This document shows positions 39,843 through 51,925 of a DNA stretch of 64,000 nt, piece after piece. Below the pieces are notes generated by a model. It made no database searches and was not told the DNA's origin. It saw only the letters and a list, made by a program, of their open reading frames with translations. The position numbers and the translations under genes are program-made. Source of the stretch: Nitrosopumilus sp. (GTDB lineage Archaea > Thermoproteota > Nitrososphaeria > Nitrososphaerales > Nitrosopumilaceae); NCBI GenBank assembly GCA_965249555.1, contig OZ252243.1, forward strand, positions 320,001 to 384,000. The letters run 5' to 3'. Positions within the stretch are counted from its first letter, which is position 1, and each line of letters begins with the position of its first letter.

Positions 39843-40036
39843 TTTTTAATTAGAAAGAGTGTCCAATTGGACACCCTTCTGTTGGATATGGTCGTATTAT
39901 CGCAGGTATTTGAATACAGTATAGTTGGCTTGCGATAACAAAAATTTGGAATTATCGGTTAAAACATTTACGTAGAAATCAGCAGTAAAATGATTTTCAA
40001 AAAATAATAGTTACAGTTTAATGGTATTTGAGAGAA

Positions 40037-40138
40037 ATGGGAACTATGAAGGTAGATGGGAGTAAAATCATCTTTGGACTAGGAGTGTCCTCAGCTGTAG
40101 CAATAGCTGCATTTGCACTATATTTCTCAATTCGTTAA
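40037..40138 (+). CDS. Small single-TM peptide (33 aa, not in ORF track)
   Basis: MGTMKVDGSKIIFGLGVSSAVAIAAFALYFSIR. Confidence 0.5.
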   Translation: MGTMKVDGSKIIFGLGVSSAVAIAAFALYFSIR

Positions 40139-40169
40139 AGATAAATCATTAAGAAAATCAAACAAAGCA

Positions 40170-40490
40170 TTGTCAGCAACAAATGAATTCAAAATTACAC
40201 AGATTGTAGATAATGGTAATATGATTCAATTGACATTAATTGAAAATGTTTCAACTGAGCCAATTTCACAAAAACAAATGATCATAGAAAATGTTTCAAA
40301 AAAGCTTGATTCAGAAACCAAAGAGCAAGTTATGCCATTACTTGAAGCAATATTGCAATCTCAACCAACTGTCAATATCAAAACATATCAACAAACACAA
40401 ATTACAATAGCAATGCCAAAATCAAGATATGACCATATGGGAAGGCCTAAAGTTGGAAATACAATTGAGATAGATATGAAAAAAATCTAA
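40170..40490 (+). CDS. Hypothetical protein
   Basis: ORF 40113-40490; probable TTG start 40170. Confidence 0.65.
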   Translation: MSATNEFKITQIVDNGNMIQLTLIENVSTEPISQKQMIIENVSKKLDSETKEQVMPLLEAILQSQPTVNIKTYQQTQITIAMPKSRYDHMGRPKVGNTIEIDMKKI

Positions 40491-42514
40491 AGATGTGAGT
40501 TTATCTCATCAAGTGTATGTAATGGTAAAGAGCAAGAAAAATCCTTGCAAACAAAAATTGAAGTTTTATCTTCAAAAATTTTCCCTGCAAAGAAAGAATA
40601 CTCGGATAGATTTTCTAACTGGGTGGAATTTTGAATTGTAACCATAAATGAATTGGGCAAATAGGTTGCAAGAAGAGATTTGCAAAGCTCAGAATTTTCC
40701 GTGTTGATAATAGTAATTTCTACAGGTTTTTCTAAATAGATAGAAAGAGTGTTAAGCAAATATCCAAATCCAAATGGATTTTCAGCAGCCATTTGTGCCT
40801 GAGATTCTAGAATTTTTGTGGTAATTTCAAGGAATTTTTGTTCTTGAGACAAATGATACAATCTAAGCATCACAAAAGCAGAGACAGAATTGCCTGATGG
40901 TAAAGACAGATCATAGTTACTTTTTGGTCGAATGATTAGTTTTTCATGTTCATCTGAAGTCATAAAAAAGCTATTGTTCTCAGAATCCCAAAAGTGATTT
41001 ACCAAATGATGTCCCAATTTCAGAGCTAGTTTAAGATATTTTGGTTCAGGTTCAATCTCAAAGATATCTAGTAACGCGTTTGTAAAATAAGAGTAATCTT
41101 CAAGATATCCATCAATTTTTGCAGTTCCATTTTTGTAAGTTCGTAATAGTTTGTCACCTGCAAAAAGATTATTTTCAATTAGAGAAATACAGGCTTTTGC
41201 AGCATCAAGATATCTAGTATCATTTGTTACACGATAACCTTTTGCAAATGCAGTAATCATCAATGAATTCCATGAAACTAAAATCTTATCATCCAAACCA
41301 GGAGGAACTCTAGTTGAACGAACTTTTAATAATTTCTCAGAACATGTGTTTAAAATATCTCTAATTTTTTCTTCTGTAATTCCAAAATTAAAAGCAACAG
41401 TAGAGACATTGAGATTATTACATAAAATGCTGCTTCCCTCCCAATTTCCCCCATCAGTAACATCATAGTAAAGACAAAAGAGATCAGCGTCACTACCAAG
41501 AATTTCTTTTATTTCATTTTTACTCCAAACATAAAATTTTCCTTCAACACCTTCAGAGTCTGCATCATATGCAGAGTAAAATCCACCTTCTGGGGAAGTC
41601 ATTTCACGTAAAACAAAATCAAGTGTTTTTTGTAATACTTCAAGATAAAAAGGATCTTTAGTTATTTGGTATGCTTCTGCATAGTTTACAGGAATTAACG
41701 CATTATCATATAACATCTTTTCAAAATGAGGTACCAACCACTTTGCATCAGTTGAGTATCTATGAAAACCGCCTCCAATCTGATCAAAGATTCCACCCTT
41801 TGCCATTTTCTTGAGAGTTTTGAGCGCAAATTCGTTGAATTGTGAATGGCCTGAAAGCTTTGCATAATGAAACAAAAATGAAACATTTGCAGCATTAGGA
41901 AATTTAGGTGCAGAGCCAAACCCACCATAACTTGAATCACCTAATTGAAGCAAATTCATGGCAGCCTCATCAAGTATTATTCGTTCTAATTTTGATGGAA
42001 CTTTGATTGCCTCTGCTTTGTTTAATGTATCAAGAAATTTCTGAGCTGATTTTTCAATGTCTTTTGGTTTTTCTTTCCATGCTTGTGAGAGTTGTCTGCA
42101 AATACTTCCAAAACCTGGACGTCCATAGGAATCCAATACAGGAAAGTAAGTTCCAGCATAGAATGGTTTTTGATCTGGAGTAAGAAAGATGCTCAATGGC
42201 CAGCCACCTTGACCGGTTGCAATTTGGCATACTTTTTGATAGATATCATCAATGTCTGGTCTTTCTTCTCTGTCTACTTTGATATTTACAAAATTCTCAT
42301 TCATAAATTTTGCAACTTCTTCATTTTCAAATGATTCGTGTGCCATTACATGACACCAATGACATGCACTATATCCAATACTTAGAAAAATTGGTTTATT
42401 TTCCTCTTTTGCTTTTTTTAATGCCTCATCATTCCATGCATACCATTGTACAGGATTGTTTGCATGTTGAAGCAAATAGGGACTAGTTTCTTTAATGAGA
42501 TTATTTTCGGCCAT
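40487..42514 (-). CDS. YyaL-like thioredoxin-domain protein
   Basis: [35 protein letters not shown]. Confidence 0.93.
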   Translation of the reverse strand: MAENNLIKETSPYLLQHANNPVQWYAWNDEALKKAKEENKPIFLSIGYSACHWCHVMAHESFENEEVAKFMNENFVNIKVDREERPDIDDIYQKVCQIATGQGGWPLSIFLTPDQKPFYAGTYFPVLDSYGRPGFGSICRQLSQAWKEKPKDIEKSAQKFLDTLNKAEAIKVPSKLERIILDEAAMNLLQLGDSSYGGFGSAPKFPNAANVSFLFHYAKLSGHSQFNEFALKTLKKMAKGGIFDQIGGGFHRYSTDAKWLVPHFEKMLYDNALIPVNYAEAYQITKDPFYLEVLQKTLDFVLREMTSPEGGFYSAYDADSEGVEGKFYVWSKNEIKEILGSDADLFCLYYDVTDGGNWEGSSILCNNLNVSTVAFNFGITEEKIRDILNTCSEKLLKVRSTRVPPGLDDKILVSWNSLMITAFAKGYRVTNDTRYLDAAKACISLIENNLFAGDKLLRTYKNGTAKIDGYLEDYSYFTNALLDIFEIEPEPKYLKLALKLGHHLVNHFWDSENNSFFMTSDEHEKLIIRPKSNYDLSLPSGNSVSAFVMLRLYHLSQEQKFLEITTKILESQAQMAAENPFGFGYLLNTLSIYLEKPVEITIINTENSELCKSLLATYLPNSFMVTIQNSTQLENLSEYSFFAGKIFEDKTSIFVCKDFSCSLPLHTLDEINSHL

Positions 42515-42560
42515 AGTTAATCAAAATCGTTAGAATATTTGTACCTAATTGGGATAATCA

Positions 42561-42803
42561 TTACCAGATGCCCCTTCCTTCTGTAATTTCGTAAATCCGG
42601 ACATTAATTTTTCCAAGTAATTTCACTTTTGATTTATGGGCTTTTTTGTCATGACTGTAATCTTTTTTTTCAACTAGTTCTTGTAATCGCTTTAATTGCT
42701 CTAAAGTTAATTTCTTGAATTCATGTTTGGAATTTGTAATGAGTCGTAATAGTTTTACTCTTTCACGATCGTCCTTTGTAATTTCAGTCATGAAATAATA
42801 CAC
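42561..42803 (-). CDS. Hypothetical basic protein
   Basis: 80-aa ORF. Confidence 0.65.
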   Translation of the reverse strand: MYYFMTEITKDDRERVKLLRLITNSKHEFKKLTLEQLKRLQELVEKKDYSHDKKAHKSKVKLLGKINVRIYEITEGRGIW

Positions 42804-42851
42804 AGTACTAGTCCTTTATTTTTCTAATGAGCAAATCTTAAAATTTCGTGC

Positions 42852-43901
42852 TTGATTTTGGACATTATGGTAAAAATGCGTGCAATGGTACTTTCTGAAT
42901 GTGCAAAAATAGAGACAAACCCATTGAAACTCACTGAAATAGATAGACATGAAATTCAAAGATCAAATGAAATTTTATTAAAAATTGAAGCTTGTGGAGT
43001 TTGTCACTCACAGCTTCATGGAATTGAAGGAGATTGGAAAGATATTGGAATTCCACCAACCCTTCCAATAGTTCCAGGCCATGAACTAGTTGGAAAAGTA
43101 GTTGAAATTGGTGAAAATGTTTCAAAATTCAAAGTTGGAGATAGAGCAGGAATCACACCACTGTTAGAGTCATGCAGAGATTGTCAGTATTGTAAAGAAG
43201 GGAAAGAAAATCTTTGTGAGTCATCAACAATTACAGGGGAATCATTCAAGGGAGGATACACAGAATACATTACAGTGACAGAAGATTTTGCAACTAAAGT
43301 TCCAGAAAGTATGAAACCTGAATATGCAGCACCGTTATTTTGTGCTGGAATCACAGCATACAAAGCAGTCAAAGCTGCAGAACCAAAACTAAATAAAAAA
43401 ATTGGAATTTTTGGAATTGGTGGAGTTGGCCACATGGCAATACAGTTTGCCAAGGTGGAAAATTGTGATGTGATTGCATTTTCTAGAACTCAAAATCATC
43501 TAGACGTTGCAAAAAGGTTAGGTGCAATAGATGCAATGACTTTTTCTGAAAATCAACAAGAATTACTTGGTAAACTAAAAGAGAAACACGGAATGCTTGA
43601 TGCTGCCATAGTTTTTGCACCAGCAGATGTTGTAACGGATACTGCGATAAAATCAGTAAAGAAGGGAGGATTAATTGTGATTGCAACAGTTGGAGAAAAC
43701 CCAGCATTTATGGCGTTTGAAGAAAAGACAATCAGAGGAACTCTGATAGGTACAACAAAAGACATGGAGCAGGTAATCAAGATATGTGACGAAAAAAATA
43801 TCGAAGTAATCTCTCAGATATTTCCATTAGAGAGTGCAAACAAAGTACTCAAAAAATTAAAAAATTCAGAAATTGAGGCTAGAGCAGTCTTAATTCCTTA
43901 A
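42852..43901 (+). CDS. Zinc-dependent alcohol dehydrogenase
   Basis: CGVCHS, GHE, CxxCxxC..C, GIGGVG. Confidence 0.93.
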   Translation: MILDIMVKMRAMVLSECAKIETNPLKLTEIDRHEIQRSNEILLKIEACGVCHSQLHGIEGDWKDIGIPPTLPIVPGHELVGKVVEIGENVSKFKVGDRAGITPLLESCRDCQYCKEGKENLCESSTITGESFKGGYTEYITVTEDFATKVPESMKPEYAAPLFCAGITAYKAVKAAEPKLNKKIGIFGIGGVGHMAIQFAKVENCDVIAFSRTQNHLDVAKRLGAIDAMTFSENQQELLGKLKEKHGMLDAAIVFAPADVVTDTAIKSVKKGGLIVIATVGENPAFMAFEEKTIRGTLIGTTKDMEQVIKICDEKNIEVISQIFPLESANKVLKKLKNSEIEARAVLIP

Positions 43902-43937
43902 CTTTCGGCTTAAATATTGGAGAATTGATTTTTTGAT

Positions 43938-44090
43938 ATGAACTGTAAGAGATGTCACCATACAGATGAAGTACATATACCAAGTGACGATAGCAGTTCA
44001 ATTATCAAGGTAGGTAGATGTCAAATCCCAACATGCACATGCCAACAGTATTTGGATCCGATTCAAAAAATTGATGAAGACCTGTTGTAA
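43938..44090 (+). CDS. Small Cys/His metal-binding protein (50 aa, not in ORF track)
   Basis: MNCKRCHHTDEVH..GRCQIPTCTCQQY. Confidence 0.7.
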   Translation: MNCKRCHHTDEVHIPSDDSSSIIKVGRCQIPTCTCQQYLDPIQKIDEDLL

Positions 44091-44122
44091 CGATTCATAT
44101 ATCAAAATCTTTTCAGAGTATT

Positions 44123-44356
44123 ATGGATAAACACAAGCCATCAGATGAAATGATTAAAGATCTGGACAACATTCTATCAAAACTCAATGCGATGGAGATT
44201 GTTGCATCAGATGATTATCAAAAAAGTTCGATTAAGATTATGAGAGCACTGGTGGATGGTCAAATGCACTCAATCAATGAATTCCAACATCTGAAAAAAG
44301 CAATGGACTTGTTAATGTTACAATTGTTTGATGTACAAAACAAAGTCAAGAGTTAA
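44123..44356 (+). CDS. Hypothetical coiled protein
   Basis: 77-aa ORF. Confidence 0.7.
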   Translation: MDKHKPSDEMIKDLDNILSKLNAMEIVASDDYQKSSIKIMRALVDGQMHSINEFQHLKKAMDLLMLQLFDVQNKVKS

Positions 44357-44954
44357 GCTTGGTATCACTTATTCCACAACCAGTGCAACGATAAAGAGTG
44401 GATTTTCCAAGAACTTTTTCAGGTTTCATTTCAGAACCACAACAAGGACAAGAAAATTTTTCTGATTCTAAACTTGGTTTTTCTGTTGTTCGAGTGACAT
44501 AATCAGGGGTTACTTTAGGGATGTCATCAGAATTACAAGGTGGTTTGTAATGAGTAATTATCCTTTTGAGTACATTTTGCCTATAATCATTAGTTGATTC
44601 AAACATAGGCAGTATTGCAAGATGTAATGATTTTTCAGATCCTGATTGTTTGATCCAGCATTTGAATTGTGAATGTTGAACAAAAAAAGACTTGTCATCA
44701 GTCTTTTCGCAATCACCAGCATAGACTATTTTGAAATTGTCTTGATCTCTAGACATAACCAGGTAGACCAGTTTTTCCATTGGAGGCCCCCATTCATCAA
44801 GAGGGATAGGTCCAAGAAACTCATACTGAAGAATTTGAATACTCAATAAAGGTATTTTTGAGCACTCTCTTTTCTTTTTTTCCCAAAAAACCACACTGGT
44901 ACCACTAATTTGATCGCAAAATCCAGACTTGAAAAGATTAAATTCAAGAGTCAT
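44346..44954 (-). CDS. Hypothetical protein with C-terminal Zn ribbon
   Basis: VYLV..IVYAG (GIY-YIG-like); CPCCG..CTGCG; real start likely downstream. Confidence 0.65.
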   Translation of the reverse strand: MTLEFNLFKSGFCDQISGTSVVFWEKKKRECSKIPLLSIQILQYEFLGPIPLDEWGPPMEKLVYLVMSRDQDNFKIVYAGDCEKTDDKSFFVQHSQFKCWIKQSGSEKSLHLAILPMFESTNDYRQNVLKRIITHYKPPCNSDDIPKVTPDYVTRTTEKPSLESEKFSCPCCGSEMKPEKVLGKSTLYRCTGCGISDTKLNS

Positions 44955-44967
44955 GGATTTTTCGTAA

Positions 44968-45222
44968 ATGGCAAAGTATGGTAATCATGCACAAGCAGGA
45001 TTTGGCATGATTGTAGTTGCTGCAAGTCTTGCAGCAATTGGTCTCATAGCATTAGGAATTGGTGAGGATGTACTCTTTGCAGATAACATGCAAAGAGAAA
45101 ACACATCTCATTTCAATGAATGCAAGGAAAATGATTTCAACCAAGATGGTTGTGAAGTATACTGGGATAGAATCAACACTGAAATCTCAGGAATTCATGT
45201 AGACCTAGATAATGAAAATTAG
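44968..45222 (+). CDS. Small membrane protein
   Basis: One TM helix and a Cys pair. Confidence 0.65.
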   Translation: MAKYGNHAQAGFGMIVVAASLAAIGLIALGIGEDVLFADNMQRENTSHFNECKENDFNQDGCEVYWDRINTEISGIHVDLDNEN

Positions 45223-45929
45223 AGTCCATTAGCATAGTCTTGTAGCATGTTTTGATTTTTTGTAAGTTTATTCATTGCATAAAATGCACCACCAACAATT
45301 CCTGCTTGATAAAAGGTATACAAGAAAACACCAGATGATGTAGGATCGGAGTGTGTGAAGCTTAAAGCAAGCATTGAAAAGAATACAAATGTTCCAACAA
45401 AGGTTACCATTCTATTTAAAAATCCAGTAGTCATTCCAACAACTCTTTTGCTAGCTGCTGCCATCAATGTAATGCTAGTAATTATCATAAAAGTGGCGCC
45501 ACCGTTTGCTGTGACAAATTTATTTAACCAAGGCAAAAGTCCGTCTTCTAAAATTGTGACATCAGGGATTACACTACCTCCATTTATGGCAAAGTTTACA
45601 GAACTAAACATACCGCCAATAACAAAAATAAACAAGAATAGTTTTACGATTGAACTTTTTAATGGACTACGCAGTTCTGAAGGTTTTACTGCTCGCTGTG
45701 TAATTCGAACCCCGTAAAGAAATCCTACTGCCATTGCAGGAATGAACATGATATTGATCAAAATTGGAGATTCTTTGTTTATAGACTCAATTTGAGGGTA
45801 AAAAATTAGAAATGCAATAACTGCAAGGGAGGCTGAACTGCCAAATAATATCATGCCTAGATATTTGTGACTATTTGACTCAGAGTGGCTATTCCAATTG
45901 TACATTTTAAGAATTCTTAAGAAAATCAT
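45219..45929 (-). CDS. Multi-pass membrane protein
   Basis: About six hydrophobic helices. Confidence 0.75.
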   Translation of the reverse strand: MIFLRILKMYNWNSHSESNSHKYLGMILFGSSASLAVIAFLIFYPQIESINKESPILINIMFIPAMAVGFLYGVRITQRAVKPSELRSPLKSSIVKLFLFIFVIGGMFSSVNFAINGGSVIPDVTILEDGLLPWLNKFVTANGGATFMIITSITLMAAASKRVVGMTTGFLNRMVTFVGTFVFFSMLALSFTHSDPTSSGVFLYTFYQAGIVGGAFYAMNKLTKNQNMLQDYANGL

Positions 45930-46008
45930 TAAAGGCTAAATCGAAAAATCATTTGGTCAAATTATCAATTCTGTTTACCCTTTTTAGCAGAAATCAAACA
46001 GATCATTC

Positions 46009-46218
46009 ATGAAAGAAGTAAAGTCACTAGTCACAATAGGCACCATTATCTTGATTTTTGGTCTAATCTTTCACCTTCAAGGACAATCAATAGTAGGACC
46101 AGAGTCATCATTCATGTATTCCAATCCAGATTGGATTGCATATGGAATTCAAATTGCAATAGTAGGAATCATAATAGTTGCAGCAGGAATAGGAATCAGG
46201 ATAATTAAAAGAAATTAG
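46009..46218 (+). CDS. Small two-TM protein
   Basis: LQG..GP.SSFM..W motif between two TMs. Confidence 0.7.
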   Translation: MKEVKSLVTIGTIILIFGLIFHLQGQSIVGPESSFMYSNPDWIAYGIQIAIVGIIIVAAGIGIRIIKRN

Positions 46219-46454
46219 TTTGTCACACGAAGCGTAATAGTGCTCCTAATTTTTTGCATCTTTCTAATTTTAGATGTAATTATTTCATTCATTTGTGAGG
46301 GAGTGTCTGTGACAAATTCTGCAACAATATCATAACTACCATAAGTTATCAAACAACTTTTGACTTCGGGGATCTCTTTTAGCTGGGAATAAAGTAATTG
46401 CTCTTCTCCAATTTCACAACTAATTAGCATGTAGGCTTTGTCCATCTCAATCAC
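46215..46454 (-). CDS. Lrp/AsnC ligand-binding domain protein
   Basis: TYGSYDIVAE..IRKM..IRSTITL. Confidence 0.88.
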   Translation of the reverse strand: MIEMDKAYMLISCEIGEEQLLYSQLKEIPEVKSCLITYGSYDIVAEFVTDTPSQMNEIITSKIRKMQKIRSTITLRVTN

Positions 46455-46515
46455 ATTTTCTAAAAAAATACACTAACTTAAAGACATCTAAGAAATCGTT
46501 TTTTCAAAACAGATC

Positions 46516-47712
46516 TCAAAAACCAGCAATAATTGGATCTTTGGGTTTCATTATTTCTCTCAACAAGATTGTTGCAAAAGAACCTCTAGATAATGAAACT
46601 TCTATCGTAGTATCATATGATGAATAATTAGTACAATGTATTGCAGCTTGTCTAAAACCACCTTCGCTACTTACTTCCTGCATCTCTTTTATGAAAAAGT
46701 CCTGGGGGGCAATTTCTTCTTGTTCTAGTATTTTAGAAATTTGATAGTCAAATCTTGTTTTTTTATAATACGAATATCCAACAAACGGTAATGCTAGATG
46801 CTGATCTAGTCCTTTCACATATTTTCCAATTATTCCATGAAAATCAAAACAAACATCACTTGGTTGTGCTTCAAATAGATTTTCACCATCAGAAAAAGCT
46901 GAACTTAGAGACTGATTAAAGAGAAAAGACTGATACGCATGAATGTAAAATCTTCGCAACGATATCTGAATAGAGCGGATTGCACGAAGTGCATCACCGT
47001 GTTTGATCATTTCTTTTAGAACAACTCTTTCAATATCCATTTGATATGGAACCTGATCAAAATATTTTTCATAGTTTTCATCATCAGAGAGTTTTTCACG
47101 AATCTCAGTATTTTCTTTAGAGTCATAGGGTGATGTGAAAGATAAAATCAGATCAACTGCTTTTTTGAAATCCCTCTGCAAAATGGCCTTTCCAATAAGA
47201 TGAGTTACAGGTCTTTTTGAACCAAAGCGCTGATAACCATAAAAATTCAGAATTTTCCCAGAGTCGGTAAAAGAAGACAAATCATTTGAACAGTCAGAGA
47301 TTTTTATTTTGAAATGATTTGATATCATATCTTTTTTAGATAATGGTTTTTTTACAAAGCCGATTTTTTTAAGAGAATACTTGTCAGTGGAAAAATCGTC
47401 AGTTGCTTTTCCTTTATTTCCAGAGCAAACAAATTGTTCAGTTATGGCAGATGCATCTTTTAATCCGAGAGACTTTAAGCGAATTCCTTTTTTCCTAAAG
47501 ACATCAGATAAAGCATGATTGGTATCAATTTTTTTCTTTTTTAGTTTGTAGACGGCATAGCCTTCTGAATCATTTATGGATTTTTGTGCTCTCTCAGAAA
47601 TTATTTCAGATACTTGAAAATCTTCAGGTTCAATTCTAATTTTTCCTCCAATTCCAGTAAATTCTGTACTGTAAACAGTGATACCAATTTGAGAATCTAA
47701 ATTTGGTATCAC
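46516..47712 (-). CDS. truD: tRNA pseudouridine(13) synthase
   Basis: EDFQVSE, GLKD..AITEQ, NFYGYQRFG, RGSFAT.LLRE. Confidence 0.93.
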   Translation of the reverse strand: MIPNLDSQIGITVYSTEFTGIGGKIRIEPEDFQVSEIISERAQKSINDSEGYAVYKLKKKKIDTNHALSDVFRKKGIRLKSLGLKDASAITEQFVCSGNKGKATDDFSTDKYSLKKIGFVKKPLSKKDMISNHFKIKISDCSNDLSSFTDSGKILNFYGYQRFGSKRPVTHLIGKAILQRDFKKAVDLILSFTSPYDSKENTEIREKLSDDENYEKYFDQVPYQMDIERVVLKEMIKHGDALRAIRSIQISLRRFYIHAYQSFLFNQSLSSAFSDGENLFEAQPSDVCFDFHGIIGKYVKGLDQHLALPFVGYSYYKKTRFDYQISKILEQEEIAPQDFFIKEMQEVSSEGGFRQAAIHCTNYSSYDTTIEVSLSRGSFATILLREIMKPKDPIIAGF

Positions 47713-49310
47713 TCTATGGTCACTGTAACAAATTTGCTGATTGCAATTTCAGGAGATTGTACTCCAAGTAGAACTTTGTATGTGCCAGGTATAGCATCTT
47801 CTGATGCTGTGATAGTTGTATGAATTGATCTAGAAGCATCAGAATCTAATTGAAATGTATCAGGAGAATCATTGTCAAGATTGACATTCAAAAACTCATT
47901 GGTAGGAGATAGAACTAATGAAACTACCAGTATGTCTTTTTGTGATTTGGGATGTACAACAAAGTTGAAAGGTAGTGTTTCCCCAATGGTAAGATTCACG
48001 GTATCGGATTCTAGTTGAATTTCAATTGGTAGGGGAATAGAGGTATCAACTACTCCAATGTTATTTTCAACCCATTCTGTAAACCAAATTTTCTCACCAT
48101 CTATAGCAAAATCAAAGATTTGAGCCAAACCACAATCATCCAACATCATACCAGTTCCAGGATCACAGTCACCCCAATTGGGATTCTTTGATGGAACATG
48201 ATATTCTACAAGAGACTGAGATTTTGGATCCATCACAGAGATGTTGTTTGAAGTTTGTTCATTAAAAACAAGGCGTCCTTGTTCATCAGCGTCAATCCAA
48301 TAAGGTCTAGAAATTGGGGATTTGATAATTCCTGTTTGATTTCCATATGTACCAGGCAATGGTTCAGATGTAACATATTGAGTGAATTCCTCAGTGTGAG
48401 GATCAAAATTAAAGAAGAAAGACGATGTTGTATCTGCTAACCAAATAGTTCCATCACTAGTTACTACTGCTCCATTTGGGGTAAGTAATTCGGGTGGCAA
48501 TGCATAGACTTCAATAAAGTCAGTTAAAGGAAGAAATTGTTCATTAGAATTTGCAACAGAATCAAAATATCCATTTTGATTAAATTTAACTAAAACCCCA
48601 CCTTGTTGGAATAACCAATTTGTAAACCAGACATTGTCATTTTCATCTATGGTAAAATCTGCAGTTACAGAATTATCAACAGGAGACGGAATACTAAGAT
48701 AATTTACATCACCACTAGATTGAGATGGATCCAAGAATGTAAGTTTGTTTCCAGTAAAATCATTAATAATAATTTGAGAGCCATAGAGTTGAAGTTTTTG
48801 TGGTAAAGAGTTTCCTTCAGTAGGATATCCTAATCGCTCATATTTTTCATCAATAGTTGAGAATTTCCATACTGAATCATATGCTTCATCAGTAAACCAT
48901 ACAGAACCATCTGGCGCATAATCAATTCCCCACATCATAGAACGGCCACCTGGTGGCCATAAAGGATTATCATACTCTGTAAATCTTTCAGTGATTGGAT
49001 CAAATTTTGCTAGTTTACCTGTATTTGTTTGAGTGAACCAAACATTTCCATCATAATCTGTCACAACTGCCAATGGATTTGTACACGGTGTTGGAATTGA
49101 GAATTCTTGAACATAATCAGTAGACTTTGCATTACCAGAACCACAAAACTGAGCACGTTTATCATCAGGAAAATTATCAGCTGGTGTTCCAGTGATAGTA
49201 GACTCTGGATTATCTGAAGGGGGAGGCAACATCATACTTTGCAGCCCAAAACCTGAAGTTACCATAATTCCACCAAAAAAGAAAACCACTACGAGTCCTT
49301 TTTTCTTCAT
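47709..49310 (-). CDS. Secreted Vgb-lyase-like beta-propeller protein
   Basis: Repeated DG.VWFT blades; C-terminal Ig-like domain (PGTYKV). Confidence 0.8.
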   Translation of the reverse strand: MKKKGLVVVFFFGGIMVTSGFGLQSMMLPPPSDNPESTITGTPADNFPDDKRAQFCGSGNAKSTDYVQEFSIPTPCTNPLAVVTDYDGNVWFTQTNTGKLAKFDPITERFTEYDNPLWPPGGRSMMWGIDYAPDGSVWFTDEAYDSVWKFSTIDEKYERLGYPTEGNSLPQKLQLYGSQIIINDFTGNKLTFLDPSQSSGDVNYLSIPSPVDNSVTADFTIDENDNVWFTNWLFQQGGVLVKFNQNGYFDSVANSNEQFLPLTDFIEVYALPPELLTPNGAVVTSDGTIWLADTTSSFFFNFDPHTEEFTQYVTSEPLPGTYGNQTGIIKSPISRPYWIDADEQGRLVFNEQTSNNISVMDPKSQSLVEYHVPSKNPNWGDCDPGTGMMLDDCGLAQIFDFAIDGEKIWFTEWVENNIGVVDTSIPLPIEIQLESDTVNLTIGETLPFNFVVHPKSQKDILVVSLVLSPTNEFLNVNLDNDSPDTFQLDSDASRSIHTTITASEDAIPGTYKVLLGVQSPEIAISKFVTVTIE

Positions 49311-49361
49311 ATCTCAAAAACTATAGAGCCTTGTTATATCTTATTCCAAAAAAGTGTAAAG

Positions 49362-49715
49362 TTATAATAGTTTCAGATCGCCAGTAATTTTATCAATCAG
49401 ATTTTCAGGAGCTGGGCCAATTGAGATACATGTTGTTGTTCCAGGTGCTATCTGTGTATGTCCTGCATCTGTGACTTCAGACCATGGAAGATTCAAATCA
49501 ATTGCGTGTCTTTTAATTTCTTGTAAATCTTTGATACTAGGAACTTTCAGGACAACCTTCTCTTGTCCATTCCACCAGTCACCATACCATTCAGGATGAG
49601 ATTTTCTCACATGCTCTGCACCAAGAACACAAGCATGCCCTACTTGTGCTGCTATCTTTCCTTTCCCCATATCTAGATCAGTTCTAACAATAATTACTTG
49701 TTTGATATCGCCCAT
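49362..49715 (-). CDS. pth2: Peptidyl-tRNA hydrolase 2
   Basis: MGKGKIAAQVGHA, DAGHTQ, IGP. Confidence 0.95.
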   Translation of the reverse strand: MGDIKQVIIVRTDLDMGKGKIAAQVGHACVLGAEHVRKSHPEWYGDWWNGQEKVVLKVPSIKDLQEIKRHAIDLNLPWSEVTDAGHTQIAPGTTTCISIGPAPENLIDKITGDLKLL

Positions 49716-49982
49716 GTTGTAATCAAATACAGGCTTGATGTAAAACTTTTGATTTACGATAAATAGTGAGTATTAAAAGGAAATTCAGAAAAAGTATCTA
49801 AGCAAAGAGCAGAATCACCCAAAACTAGACAGATTTTTTACGACATTAAACTAATTGTGTAGTGGGATTTTTGGTTCAGTTATGTATGAAATTGAATGAA
49901 TTCAGAATTATTTTGTATTAAGCAAGGTTTTGAAAAATCCAAAAACATTTTCAAAAAATGAATTTTCTTGTGACAGTTTTTC

Positions 49983-50114
49983 ATCTGTTTTAATCGCGTG
50001 ACATAATCCATTTACCAATTCAGTTCCAGCACCACATGTTGGTTCTTTATCTGTTTTAATCGCGTGACATAATCCATTTACCAATTCAGTTCCAGCACCA
50101 CATGTTGGTTCTTT
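49983..50114 (-). repeat. Exact 66-bp tandem duplication (KEPTCGAGTELVNGLCHAIKTD x2)
   Basis: Units start at 49983 and 50049. Confidence 0.95.
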
Positions 50115-51925
50115 AGATTCAGGTATTGATGGTGATTCAAGGGTATTTGTGGATAAAGATGAAACATCAGAATCATTGTTATCAGAATTCAAAATAGATG
50201 ATACAGATTCATCTAATCCTACAGCTTGATAAATTGAATCATATTGGGAATAATTTGTGTCAAACCATTCTTTGTATGATTCCTCACTGTTGTATCTGTC
50301 AACATAGTATTGAGGATCGTTATCAGGATCTACAAATGATGCAATAGTTTCTGTCAAGTCAGTAGTTGGAATTTCTTCAGCGGTTGTAATAAAATCAAAA
50401 GTAGATTCCACTGAATTGCCCAAATATGTGCTCTTAATAGTATATTTTCCATCTAATTTCCACAATCCACCATCAGTAGAATATTGTTTATCAAAATCAG
50501 TATTTTCAGGTAAAAATTGATCTATAGTTAATTGAGTGTTGAAAGGATCTAAAATTTGTGTAATAAGGTATTCATTAGAAATGACATCACAGAGTTCTAT
50601 CGAAACAGATACTTTTTCACCTTTAGTATATGATGTATCATCTAAATGAATTGAAATTTCAGAGTTATCAATACAAGAACCTTCTGCAATTTCAGTAGTT
50701 GTGTCTGTAATGGTCTCAGTAGTTGTCGTTTCTTCAGATGATACAAACAGTACAGATTTTTCACCATAATATTGTCCATGCTCAATTCTAATTGTGTATG
50801 TGCCTTCAACAAAATTATCAGTGGAATTTACTAAATACTCTGTATTATTAGAAAAAACATCACTTGTTGCAGTAGTTCCAATAGATGTGATAACTATAAT
50901 CGTTGTATCTACTTCTGAAGAATAATCAGGAACAATCCAATTTGCATCTATTGCATCACCCACAACATAAGTGGATTTATCACTATGCACCTTAATTTGA
51001 TCAATGGATCCCAAGATTGCCTCAGAATCGACAATTACTGTAATAGTTCCAGTATTATTTCCGTCAATAATATCATCAATCATATACTCAAATGATGTTG
51101 TACCAAGAAATCCCGAATCAGGGGTAAATGTTATCGTGTTATCGTCGTTGACTGTGGCAAGTCCATCAGGACTAGATACATCAGGAATTGTGACATACAG
51201 TTTATCGTCATTCAAATCGGTGTTATCATTAATTACTGTAAATGATACAGATGTGTCTTTGTTCACATGCTCAGAGAAATCTAATGCGGTGGGCGGGGAA
51301 CCAATTGTTGCTATGATAGAGAAGGATTTTTTATTGTATTCAATTACAGCAGATCTTCCAGATTCTGTTTCTGGATTAATTATTAAATTTGCAGTACCAT
51401 TTTTGTCATAATTTACAAAAGACCCGGAATTAGGCGTTATCTCAGTAAATGTTATTGGATAATAACTGTGAGATATGGTGTCGGTTCCTAAATCTATTGT
51501 GTCATCCGAATTGTCCTTGTTCTCCAAAATAGTATAATCATTGTCTTGCAAAATAACCGCTACATAAGAAGCACTTTGAGAATTTGGGTTTAAAAATAAA
51601 ATACCATTATCATCAAACATCATAGTTGCTAAATTTTGTCCATCTTGAATGTTAATGGCACCTGTTGTTCCATCTGCTTCTTTGTGCCCATCTTCATTAA
51701 ACAATTGGTAATAGAATCCATCTGAATCTGACGTTGAAGCCCATGTCCAAGAATCTTCATCAGTAGGATCTATGTTTAACATGACATCTAAAAGGTCTAT
51801 CTTGACATCCTCCCCTGTACGATAAGATGTCTTAGCTAATGTCATTGTAGCAAATTCACCAGCGGTATCAAATGTCAATTCCACTGATTGAATACCATTG
51901 TGTCGGTCATAGTTTACAGTTACAT

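Noticed and set aside
39852-39880. Perfect 16-bp palindrome GTGTCCAATTGGACAC after a stop codon
   Set aside because: Single occurrence; cannot distinguish terminator, binding site or chance
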